From assembly GCA_004022145.1 (NCBI GenBank), contig RCNU01000002.1: 64,000 nucleotides of DNA, one strand, 5' to 3'. The notes under the pieces were generated by a model, which had not been told where the DNA came from, did no database searches, and worked only from the letters and a program-made list of their open reading frames with translations. Numbering within the stretch: the first letter of the stretch is position 1; each line of letters opens with the position of its first letter. Both the position numbers and the translations under genes were made by a program. Positions 9,950 through 21,294 of this stretch are shown piece by piece. The stretch comes from Paecilomyces variotii (lineage: Eukaryota).

Positions 9950-12852
9950 ATGTCTGGAGAGAGTCTGGTTCCATTACCCCAAGGGGCGGGGTATGGGGTA
10001 GTTGTTGGTGTTGGTCTTGCTTTTGGTATCGGAATGGTTGGCGTCAATAAGTTTCTGGAGAAGTTTCTACTTGAAAAGTCGGATCATACTGAAATGTAAG
10101 ATTCCCCGTCTAGATCAATGTGTTATATGCTTCGATTAGGAACCGCAGTTTGGAATTGATGCTCATGCGGTTTTGCAGGTTCATGGTCGCCAATCGTAGC
10201 GTTGGTACTGGGCTAACAGCTTCCGCTGTTATATCCTCATGGATGTGGGCGTATGTCTTCAGAGCTCCTGTCTAATGACGTGCTACTAAAATAATATACA
10301 ACGCACAAAGTACAGCCATTATCTGGACAGCTGCCCAGGGTTACCTCTACGGAATCGCAGCGCCATTCTGGTACGCCGCTGGCGTTTCTATACAGATTGC
10401 TTTGATGACAGTGCTTGCCATCCACGCTAAAGTCAAGGTCCCGTATGTTATCCCTTTCTTCGTCTTCGAAAACAAGAAAAGGAAAAAAAAAAGCAGATGC
10501 TTGAGAACTGCCAAGTCTATGTTCAAGCAATTGACAGCTGGGTCAACCACTAGGAACGGCCACACTGTTTTGGAGATTGTCAGACTCAGATATGGGACCC
10601 CGGCCCATGTCATTTACATCTTCCTATGTTTCGTCACCAATTTACTTTCAGTAACGTCTATGATCCTGGGAGCTGCTGGAGTTATTACCGCATTGACTGG
10701 CATGCACATTGTTGCGTCGACCTTTCTTCTGCCTCTTGGAGTCGTGGTGTATACAGTATCAGGAGGATTGAAGGCGACTTTCCTAACTGATTATGTGTGA
10801 GTGCTTCGTCAAATATCTTGTTAGGGACTGACTTTTGGAGAAGAGTGGGACACTGACTATATTATAATGTTCCAGCCACACGCTCATAGTAATGGTCATA
10901 CTCTGCTTTTTGACCGTCAAAACGTTCACAAATCCAGCCATTACCGATTTGAGTTCCTTCTACGATATCCTGGTTGCTGCGGATAAGACTCGTAACATAG
11001 AAGGGAACTATCAAGGCTCGATACTTTCATTCAAGTCCAAGAGCTCGATTATATTTGGACTTGTCCACTCTTTTGGAGATTTCGCTTTGGTCATTATGGA
11101 CACCAGTTTCTGGCAGAAGGGTATGTTTGAATGGAGATGTTTTCGACAGCAGCCAGTCTCCTAACTAATTAATAGGCTTTGCTGCCGACACCGCTGCTAC
11201 CATGGTAGGCATCGAAGGAAATGTTATGTTAGCCAAAAATTCTGTGACTAACGCCTTCTAGCCAGGATACATGCTTGGAGGAATATCTTATTTCGCCGTT
11301 CCTTGGGCTGTAAGTATCACGAAAGTAGCATCTTTTTTCTAGTCTACATAAGCTTACGTATTATCCTCCATTCAGGTTGGTACTACAGCCGGTCTAGCAG
11401 CGATCGGGCTTGAAAACACTCCCATCTTCCCAACTTATCCAAGAGTTCGTTACTCCGAAACAGGATAATTTGCCAATACATCACTCACATTTTCCAGAAA
11501 ATGACTACCAGCGAGATCAACGCCGGATACGTCCTTCCTTACACCGTCATGGCCATCGCCGGAAAAGGAGGTGCATTTTCACTGCTCTTAGTGGTCTTCA
11601 TGTGTGTAACGAGTACAACTTCTGCCGAACTGATAGCTGTCTCGAGCATATTCTCGTTCGACGTCTATCGAACATACATCAACCCCAAAGCTCATGATAA
11701 GCAAGTAATTCGCGTGTCTCATTGGTCGGTTATCGCATTCGGAATCTTTGCTTCGGCCTTCGCTACAGCGTTGCATTACGGCGGTATCGACCTGAATTGG
11801 ATGGGATATTTCCTAGCAACGATCATCTGTCCGGGAATGTTTCCATTGGCGTTTACGATTCTCTGGAAGCAACAGTCTGCTGCAGCTGCGACAATTGCCC
11901 CTATCCTAGGTTTGGTGAGTGACTCTCATCGTTCTGTATGCGTATCTAAAGATGGAGTCTGACTTAGAACCCCAAGGCGAGCGGCATCGCAGTATGGCTC
12001 GGGACAGCATACGCTTACGCTGGTGAATTGACCGTCATGTCGACTGAAGCTCAACTGCCGTGTTTATGGGGAGCGCTCACATCCACATTTTCCTCTGCTA
12101 TCTACTCGGTGATCATCACATATATCAAAGTACAGTACATACATATCAAACCCACCATCCCCCTCTCTATCCACGCAAATACACAACACCACCTTTCATA
12201 ATGACTACCTACTAACGCACACGCTTCCCACCAGCCTCAAAACTTCGACTGGCGCGTCTTCCTCCTTCTCAACGAAGTAAAAGACTCCTACTCGGAAGAT
12301 TCTTCCAGCACCGGACCCGAAGCTACGAACCCTATCGCAGACACGCAGGATCTGGACAGCGTCCAGCATCCGTACCCACCGGAAGAACTGAACCGAATGA
12401 AACGCGCTGGTATCATCGCGAGCGTTTTCAGCGTCATCGTAGGTCTAGTCACGTGGGTTGTGTGGCCGTTGCCATTGTATAGGGATTATATCTTTACGAA
12501 GTCGGTGAGTTTGGTCATCTTCTTTCTCTTCTCATGTATCTCTTTTCTTTTTGTCTGATTAAAATTATAGTTCTTCTCTGGTTGGACGGTTGTTTCGGAA
12601 ATATGGCTCTTCTTCTGCCTGCTCGTTGCGTCTGTTTATCCCATCGTTGATGGAAGGGATGTTCTGCTGAAAGCGGCAAGGCTCGCGTGGCAGAGTATTA
12701 CAGCGAAAGGGGAGGGTCAGTATCAACCTGAGGAGAGAAAAGGAGCTCATGATCAGTCTTCATCGAGTGGTGTTGACGATGAAAGGAACGAGAAGGTGCC
12801 TGCGGGGGTGGAGGACAAGTCGAAAAACATAGATGTAGTCTCTGTTTCATAA
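9950..12852 (+). CDS. Sodium:solute symporter family urea/polyamine transporter (DUR3/UreA-like)
   Basis: MSGESLVPLPQGAGYGVVVGVG, FMVANRSVGTGLTASAVISSWMW, GGLKATFLTDYVHT, FMCVTSTTSAELIAVSSIFSFDVYRTYINP. 11 coding introns. Last exon ends DVVSVS* at 12852. Confidence 0.92.
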
Positions 12853-13223
12853 GGGTTGAGAGAGTATGAGGTTCTCGATATACCCACAACATCTAACGGG
12901 TTGTTTATAGAATATGGGGTATCGTTCAAAGATAGAATAGAGCGTGAAGCTCCTTTCTCAAGGGTTCTGCTTTGTGGATATGTTTAGAAATGAAATATGA
13001 TGAGAATAAGTACATTATTCCGCCCGTGAGTGTTCCTTGCGCCATTTAATAGAAACATATGTTCAGTCAACCATAGCACTAATCCCGTATAACGACCAAT
13101 CAAATTGATCATTTCGTCCCTAAAAAATCGTAGATATCCACAGAGGTTGAGAAAGGCCAAGGCATAACCACCATATGCGGATAAAGTTCATCGGTCATAT
13201 CTTGCAGCAGCAGAACGCTCGGC

Positions 13224-15041
13224 CTAGCAAAAATCCGGAAACATCATTTCGAACAGCTGTTGTGGAAGAGCGCCTGTGTGTTCGAAGTCCTCCATATCCG
13301 TCAACATTTTCTGTTTCCTCCTCGTCACGGATTGAGCGCCCTCTTTGCAGAAATCGCAGGCGAAGTCGCACGGGGAAGTGGGAAAGGAGCCGTTTTGCCC
13401 TGCCTGCGTTGAGTTGTATTCCCGCGGAACTTGCGAGCCCATCATTTCGAGGTCCAGGTCCCCGGAGTACTCTTTGATGATTTCGTGTCTGCAGCGTGTC
13501 GTCGTCTCGCAGTACCGGACGACTTTTTTGAAACTATCTATTCGAGCTCGGTGGCTTTTGACCTTAGTGCTCGTAAGGCCATCTTTGGTCTTGTTCGAGA
13601 TAGCATTCTTGAAGTCCCGTTTCATAAGTTCATAGGCCCGGTCACGCTGTAGAATACCATAATAGACCAGGGACATAGCAGCACGTCCATCGCGACCTGC
13701 ACGGCCAGATTCTTGGACGAAGCCTTCGAAACTCCGTGGTGTGTTCCAGTGGACCACAAAGCGAACGTGAGGATTGTCGATTCCCATACCGAAAGCGTTC
13801 GTAGCAACAATGATCGAGAAGGCAGTATCATCATCATCCGCTGCGTCAACAGGTCCGTTGGATGTCCACATTGCCTGGATGCGCGACCTTTCTGCGGCTT
13901 GGAGGCCAGCATGGTAGGCCACGGCGTGGATGCGGTTACCTGAGGACGACAGTGCCTTTGCGAGACTTTCGCAGATAGAGCGATACGGGGCATATACTAT
14001 ACCGGACATTGGCTTGAGTTTCTTACCAGGAGTCTTCGGCTTAGCAGTATCATCTCCAGAATCCGTGGACATCCTGGCTTCTCGCCGGCGCTGTATAGAA
14101 TTTAGCCACGCTAGGAGATCGTCCAGCTGAGACTTTGCCGTGCAGATCTCGTCGTTTTCACTATCCGCAAAGTACCTGACCTCATAATGGATATTAGGGC
14201 GTGCTGACGGCGTGTTAAATGTCCTCAGAGTAGCCGGGTCCAAACCGAGTAGATTGATAATGTCGGTACGGACACGCGGCGTAGCTGTGGCTGTAAGTGC
14301 ACTTATAGGAACCGGAGGATTGACCAATGCCCGCCTGAACCATGATAGTTCTTTATATGCGGGACGAAAGTCGTGGCCCCATTCGCTGATACAGTGCGCT
14401 TCGTCAACAGCGATGCGTTTCAGCTCTCCTTGCGCGTGCATGGTTTTGAGAGTCCGTCTAAACGTCTCCGTCAGGCAAAGCTCAGGCGTCACATAGAGGA
14501 GACGAATTATCGGATGCCCGGAGAGAAGATCATCCACGATATTTCTCCTCTCGGATAAAGGAGTAGTCGAGTTTATTGTTGACACCGCTACTCCAAGTGT
14601 CTGAAGTGCTGAAACTTGGTCCATCTGCGCAGTAGAAATTAAGAGTAATTCTTCAGAAGACCTAAATGAAGTCATTTCGTACTTACCATCAACGCAAGAA
14701 GCGGAGATACAACAACCGTGACTGCACCTGATATTAACGTCATGTTATCGAGAGATAAGATGCATGCACTACACAACTTACCGCCATGATTGATGACAGC
14801 AGGCAACTGAAAACACAAACTTTTGCCGAATGACGTTGCAGCTTGTAAGAAAATATCATGGCCTTCAACAGCAGCAAGTATAACCTCTCGTTGCAGAGGC
14901 CTTGACTATCTATATCAGCACAAAAAAGGCCGCTGGAATCGGGGACGCGGAGTTGAACTACCGGAACGAGGTTTTACCAAAGACTCGCCGTAGGGTGAAT
15001 TCGAGATCCACCTTTTGGCGTTCGAATGTACGCTCTAGCAT
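13224..15041 (-). CDS. recQ: Short RecQ-family DNA helicase
   Basis: Motif 0 (LRRVFGKTSFRPLQRE), Walker A AATSFGKS, AVDEAHCISEWGHDFRPAY, ALTATAT, ATNAFGMGID, QESGRAGRDG, and RQC Zn ligands CRH…CDFACDFC. Three 5' introns. Start ATG uncertain (15041 or further upstream). Confidence 0.93.
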
Positions 15042-15500
15042 TTCCGCATTGCTTCTTTTGAACCTGCGATCTTGAATGTCTATTCGATAAGAACTGATGT
15101 CGACTTTGATAGCTCGGATAGGCAACGCGCTGCACGACATGGGACACGCGATGTCACGTGATACATGGTAGATTGCTGATCTGAGCAGGAAATAACGACG
15201 ACGCATCTTGATGAATTGCTGGAATCATAGATGAACCGCATAAGTTTCGGGATATAGAGCCTTTACTTGAAATGTGTGGGTTTCATTTCCATGCCTGTGA
15301 TGCTGTGCTTTTATCCGCTCGTGCCAGATGATTTTGATTAATTTAGTCTATCGCCAGTTTGATAACGATCACATGGGATTTCGCGAGTTAATATACATAA
15401 AATGCCAACAGATATAGTACGAAGATATAGACTCCTAGCTATATGGCGTATACAACAGATCTATGCAATTACACCAGGCTGAGCAGAGATCCTACTGCAG

Positions 15501-17969
15501 TCAGCGCCAAGAACCTTTAGACAATTGCCTCTCCAGTTCGTCTTTAATGGCCATAACATCGACGGCCTTTCGCTTCTTAGGCTGCCAGATCCGTTCGAGC
15601 CGTAGCCAAACATTCATGACAGCATAAGGCCCACTGCAAGCGCCGAAAGCGCGCAAAATGGCCAATATAACTCTGCGTCCAAGGAAAACACCGTTCTCAA
15701 TTCGCTTCTCCAGTTCTCCCAATTCCTTTTCGACTCCAGCCTGCCTTGGATTCTTCAGCATCTCTTCAGCTTCATCCTCGTCAGCGTCTTCTTCAGTCTC
15801 ATCAGTCCCATAATGGTCTTCCTCGCCAAGAGCGTCTTCTTTGCTTTGCTTCTTGGAGTTCATCTCACGGAAAGGCAATGGTGCATAAAGTTCGTTGGGG
15901 GTATTCTTCAAAAGCTTCTCTCTCATTTCTTCTTCCATGCTATTGCTCAACGGGTTTTCCCACAATAGTTTGTCACGTCGCAACGTAGTCCGGTCAATGA
16001 CACTCATTCTAGTTTCGTACAGGAGACGGAGGTAGGATTTCCAGACGTCTTGTAGTCTCTCAGCTGACCACTGTCTTCTCTTCCGGCCGAATCGAGCAAA
16101 ACCCTCGAAGAGAAATAGATATACCATAGCACGGGGAGGGACATCGAAGGTGCGCTCCATATCTTTGAGAACAGACATGAATGCGAACAAGTTTCCCGTC
16201 TGTGAGGCATGATACGAGAGAAAGATGTGAAAAGTTCTCGTATCCGGAGCCATTGATAGGGAGGCCTGTAGCAGACGATGCTCCTCAGGAAGTTCATCTC
16301 TGAGGGACGTTGACAAATTCAGCGTCCTGCGCAACTCCTTCATCCTTTTCCGGTAAGTCGGCATATCAGATGTGAGAGTCGGGTGGTGTGGCAGACGCTG
16401 GTTGCCAGCCTGAAGCTCCTTTTCTAATTTCTTCTGTGCCTCCATCATGCGATCGTATAGTTGCTCGGCCGTGCCAGGTTCCCCAGCCCTAAGGAAAGAG
16501 ACAATGAGACAGTTCAGGACCACGGTATCAACTATTTCCCCGGACTTGATGAAGTCATCGAACGCCTGGCGGATGCCTTCCACGTCTCGAAGGAATCCGT
16601 GGTAGTAGATCTTAGAGACTTTCAAGGACCGCCTGAATGGAATACCACGTGTTTTCATCTCCTCCATCAGACGATCTGCGACCGTATACTGACCAGCTTT
16701 AATGGCTATGTCGAAAAGGGTGCTGAAGACAACATTATCCGACTCTATACCCGCAACTCGTTCCATCTGATGCCAGATGCCAATTGCCCTCCGCAGGTCC
16801 CTTTTGAACACTCGACCGGATGCACGTCCTGCGAAATGGATAGCGCTGGTCCAAAGCGCCCTAGAAACGGGAAGTCCAGCTGCATTCATATCTTCTATGA
16901 GGGCAAGGTAACGACGAGCATCTATCCATCGCCGATCTGGAGGATCTGCAAAGCGGCGTAGCAAGAAACCGCGCGAGCGCTTGGAAAGGTAGGCCACGCC
17001 CGGTGAGGGAATCTCCCTATATAGTCTGAAAATATACTGAGTCGACTTAGTTTCGTCCCATAATGCAGCAACGAACCGCTCAACTGCTGGGTTTTCAATC
17101 ATATCTCGAGATGTGTCCTTTTTGCCCATCTTGGGACTGGCGGCAGAGGTTGAGGTATAAGACTCATTCGAGGAACTCTTCTCAGATCGAGCACGCTGTT
17201 GATCATGGGAATTGATCCCTGCTGTCTTCCCATATGCTTCCGGAATTGATTCTGTACGTATAGTGTCCGGTCTCGATATCTCCTCGTCCGAAGGTATCTC
17301 TGTTGGAGCAGCAGGTGTTCCCGATAGACTTGGGTCATCGACCATTGAAATTTCATCACGTATCAGGACATCTCGTTTCCCGATAGCAGGTAAAGGTGCG
17401 GTTGGTGTAGAGTCCTCCACATCTCCATTTTGTTTGTTCTCAGTGTCTTCTTCAGGATGCTGCCTTTCTGAATCGGCAGCTTCTCTGTATCCATCATCAG
17501 GTCCAATAGTCCAAGGACGTCGTTCAGTGTCATCGTTTTGGCTTGGTGCGGCTTGAGTCGAAAACATTCTCGTTGTTTTCAGACCTCGTCGAGCCAAGTA
17601 ATCGGCCGGAGATCTCGAATAATTCAGGCCTCTCGCAAGCGATAAACGTCTGTGTCTCGTTGTACTCTTCCTACGCCAATCCGGCGTTCTATCGTCCAAA
17701 CCGGGTTTTGATATTGGCGCTAGGCCCCTCCCGCGAGGAGAATGTTCGCGACAGAATCCTGCTATCACCAGCGACGTGACAAAGATGTCCGCTATCGACG
17801 CGACAGAGGGTCGGGGGCCTCGAGAGCGGAGTCTTCTGACAGAGGTACTGCAGGCATGCGATTCAGTATGCGGCATTGAAGGCGTTCTCAGAGAGGAAGG
17901 ACAGTCCAGGCCCTGCCTGGGTATCACGCCGATGCCCGTCGAGCTTGCGGAGCTGTTGAGACGAGGCAT
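15501..17969 (-). CDS. Pentatricopeptide-repeat (PPR) protein, probably mitochondrial
   Basis: Intronless ORF with PPR-like repeats (VVFSTLFDIAIKAGQYTVADRLMEEM; DTVVLNCLIVSFLRAGEPGTAEQLYDRM; PDTRTFHIFL). First ATG at 17969; frame is open to 18113. Confidence 0.88.
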   Translation of the reverse strand: MPRLNSSASSTGIGVIPRQGLDCPSSLRTPSMPHTESHACSTSVRRLRSRGPRPSVASIADIFVTSLVIAGFCREHSPRGRGLAPISKPGLDDRTPDWRRKSTTRHRRLSLARGLNYSRSPADYLARRGLKTTRMFSTQAAPSQNDDTERRPWTIGPDDGYREAADSERQHPEEDTENKQNGDVEDSTPTAPLPAIGKRDVLIRDEISMVDDPSLSGTPAAPTEIPSDEEISRPDTIRTESIPEAYGKTAGINSHDQQRARSEKSSSNESYTSTSAASPKMGKKDTSRDMIENPAVERFVAALWDETKSTQYIFRLYREIPSPGVAYLSKRSRGFLLRRFADPPDRRWIDARRYLALIEDMNAAGLPVSRALWTSAIHFAGRASGRVFKRDLRRAIGIWHQMERVAGIESDNVVFSTLFDIAIKAGQYTVADRLMEEMKTRGIPFRRSLKVSKIYYHGFLRDVEGIRQAFDDFIKSGEIVDTVVLNCLIVSFLRAGEPGTAEQLYDRMMEAQKKLEKELQAGNQRLPHHPTLTSDMPTYRKRMKELRRTLNLSTSLRDELPEEHRLLQASLSMAPDTRTFHIFLSYHASQTGNLFAFMSVLKDMERTFDVPPRAMVYLFLFEGFARFGRKRRQWSAERLQDVWKSYLRLLYETRMSVIDRTTLRRDKLLWENPLSNSMEEEMREKLLKNTPNELYAPLPFREMNSKKQSKEDALGEEDHYGTDETEEDADEDEAEEMLKNPRQAGVEKELGELEKRIENGVFLGRRVILAILRAFGACSGPYAVMNVWLRLERIWQPKKRKAVDVMAIKDELERQLSKGSWR

Positions 17970-18416
17970 GAGACTGACATCGTGGCATTGGGTCAGCCAT
18001 GCATGTCCAACGTCGAGATTACCCAGCTCCAGAGATTCCAGTATTCTGCCTCCGGTACAGTAGTTGAGAACAACTGGAGCCGTTGTGACGATTGAGTTTG
18101 CGAGGACTTTCACATCAAAGGTGGCCGCTCCACGAAATTATGTCTGGGGTTTTGCAGGTCTGCGTCGCGCGGAGCCTGGTCTTGGGCCAATCGGAGCCGC
18201 GGATTTGCGATCCTCTTTTTCACGACAAACTGCGCGGCTGATGCTTCGAGTCCTCTCCGACCATCGTCGTCTCCAAGAACTCGACCAACGCATATAGCTC
18301 CCCTTTTCTCAACACCGGGCAGCAGGGTTCCGGCTTTTTCTAGGAGTTATCTTCGACTACAGTCGCATTTCGCAAACGACGGGATAAGGCCTGCGGCCTT
18401 CCTCTCTTGGTCCGCC

Positions 18417-19275
18417 ATGGGCAAGTACAACCTTACAGCTCTTCGGGTTCGACAGACCGCTCTCAACCAGAAAGCCGCCGGAAAGATCTCAAAGCTTCCG
18501 CAATGGGTGGATGTTGTGGGTGATATTCCGCCAGCTCAGGTGCTGGTCCGTAACCAGCCGCTACAACATCAATTGGTGCGACAACGCGTGAAGACCTTGC
18601 CCGGAACTTCGAAGCCACAGGTTGTCTTTGAGGTTCAGGAAAAGCGAGTAAAGCCGAAAAAGCCTAGTCGCATGTTCTCGCCGTTGGAGATCAAGTATGA
18701 AGAGGATCAGCTGCGAAAGGAGTTCTTCCGGGACCACCCCTGGGAGCTGGCGAGACCGAGAGTCCTCATCGAGAGCTCTGGCAAGGACTTCGAGAAATAC
18801 GACTGGAGCCGGCTGCAGCAGCCCGGGAAGAGATTGGATGGTGAGAGGTTCGTGATTCCCCTCAAGCTTTTTCAGTGGACTCTCTATCCCGGAATTGCGT
18901 CGGTGATGCTAACATTGACCGCTCTCCAGTGTTGTCCAGCGTCAGCTTTACCTTCTGAACAACGTTCCCGATATGACGAAGAGCCGCGCATATGATATTG
19001 CACGACGAGAATTCTACCAACTCCGTCTCCGTGAAGACATCGAGCGACGAGTGGCAGCGGAGGAAGCAGAAGCCACTGGCGCAGAATTCGGTCCCACCAA
19101 GTTGGAGGTTGGTATGGAACTGGAGAACCAGGAATATGAGCGCTGGAAGGCGTGGGCGAAGACGGAGGCGCAAGTGCAGGATCAGCGCGCCGCAGCCTTC
19201 GTCGGTGCAGATGCCACTGGTTCTGACGACTCTATCGGTGAACCGGCTGTCGATGGAAAGACTCAAGTTGCATAA
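18417..19275 (+). CDS. RSM25: Mitochondrial small-subunit ribosomal protein mS23 (Rsm25)
   Basis: [53 protein letters not shown]. Intron ~18848-18929. Confidence 0.92.
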
Positions 19276-19778
19276 TAGAGCGGCTGTATTCTTTCTACCT
19301 GATCTTTCTTTCTTTTTTCAACGGCCCTTCCGAGAACTATGATTGACATCCGTGTCCATGTATATTACTGTCTTTGTGTGTCAAATCGAATGATATGGTC
19401 TTTGGCTCGGGACAAATCAATATAATCGAAACCTCTACAATTGATTACGGAGTCACGTTCTTATATGCACTATGGGGCTCGAAGGAAAGAAACCATGTTG
19501 ACAGCGAGCTTGCGGAGGTCAAAGTTGAGTTGACCGGGGAAATGCAGGCAGGTGGTGTCACAGTTTCTGATATCACACAATTAGACCTGCCTGGTGGAAA
19601 TAATCCCAGTTCATGCCCGTGACGACGAAGCTCGCATACAATTCAGGCCCGCGTAACTTTGAAAATATTCAAACGGCGGTAGGAGCTATTATGAGACATA
19701 ACGCGCTTACGAAATACTTCTTTTTGCCCCTCCTTATTTGTCTCATATTCGCCGGATGGTTACATTCTAATACACCAT

Positions 19779-19880
19779 GTCAATGTGGCCGAGTGGTTAA
19801 GGCGTGCGACTCGAACCCTATATTCTGATACGTGAGAAATGGCATAGGCCCGCCTGCATAGTTAAATGCTGTTGCTGACG
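19779..19880 (+). pseudogene. Degenerate intron-containing tRNA-Ser(CGA)
   Basis: Intact 5' half with A-box TGGCCGAGTGGTTAAGGC, anticodon loop CT-CGA-A, ~22-nt intron, variable arm AGGC-CC-GCCT, 3' end GCTGACG and a T-tract terminator. The T-arm/B-box is decayed (ATAGTTAAATGCTGT) and the acceptor and anticodon stems have mismatches. Confidence 0.72.
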
Positions 19881-21294
19881 ATATTCTTTTCTTTTTTTTT
19901 TTTTATTGATTTATTCTACCGCCCCTTTCCAACAATGACCCTCTTAATTGGCTGAATAGAGACTGACGTACCAGCGGCATATGTCATAGAATCCGTCTAA
20001 AAACTAGCATGCTTTTGACAATGGGAAACAACTTTACATCGGAATCTCAACATCCACATGGGGTGGGTTATTGCCTGAGCTAGAAGCGGATAGAGTCTAT
20101 TAAGAGTCTACACAGTCGCGAAGTCTTCCAGAGATGCGGGGCATTTCATGGGGATATCTTCACTGTACACGGAGATCCTGCAAGTGCAGAAAGAGGTAGA
20201 GCGACCTGTGGTCTCCATTAGTCTCTCTCATTGGTCTTCCAGGAGGTCCTCAAGACGTTTCACAGCGGCAAATGAAACAGAACAGTTTTGGAGCTGGAGG
20301 GGCAGACCACCCTAGTATGACAGCGGTCCGTCAGATCAAGTACAGTACGGAGCGTCTGCATTACGGATAATGCAGAGCAGCGAACTCCAACTGTGAAGAA
20401 CATTCAGGAAGAGTCATTTAATATTGTATAAGAGAGCACATCTCCTTGGACCTCCTCGACATCCCAATAACCATCTCATCACGTGCCAACCCTAAGCGGT
20501 TCCTGCCAAGCCTTCTGCCGTCCAATCAGCAGCGCGCCGCGTAGCGGCCGTTTTGCGTTCCTGAGGCAGAGCAAGTCGTGACATCCAGGCCCATCATCGG
20601 ACTTATCCCATCCCTAACTGATCGTCCCCGTCCCCAGATTCCCGCTATCGAACGTTTGGTGCTAAAGGAATCGACCATCGTTAGCAAGCGGCAGATGGTG
20701 CATCACGTCTGATACAGACGGCGCTGGCAACCCTCGAGTCCTGGCCTTCAGCCACTCGCGCCCAACGTTATCCCGAGTCCTAACTGCAGTAGGGCGACAC
20801 CTCACACGCTCCACCTCCAACGTCCATTCCTCGGAGAGTCATACCCATAAGCTCAAAAGCATTCCTCTCTTCAAGAACCTTCGAGTCGAAAACCTTCTGT
20901 TGTTGCAAGGACCACCGCTTATCTCGTCGACACTCCCCTTGGTCGCTTTGAGGCCAAACGCGGACCATTTCCCCGTTCGAAAGCGACACGGTCAACCGCG
21001 GCGGGATGCATTGAGCAGCACTGAGAACCCGTGCTTTATCGGCTTGTTTTCTCGAAAGCTACTGTTCCACTACAAACATCCTATATACGCAGAATCGATG
21101 GCATCTCCGTTTATAATCGTCTAAAGTCGCTGCTTAACGTCTCCGGTGATCATATCGCAGACTATGCAGTATATTGTGCCTGGTCGACTCTACAGGACAA
21201 GCTCTGGGAACCTGAGGAATATACGGAAGGTTTTATATTGAATTGAGGGAAGGAATACGGTACTCGAGAGGAGTCGCCTGGTAGATCGCCCATC

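Noticed and set aside
9000-12852. TPP riboswitch in the DUR3-like transporter
   Set aside because: No CTGAGA plus TGATC-N-GG-TAAT core found by eye in the leader or introns, and all introns are short.
15492-15503. TGA-CTG readthrough context at the PPR gene stop
   Set aside because: Readthrough would add only x-L-Q before a TAG; no targeting signal results.
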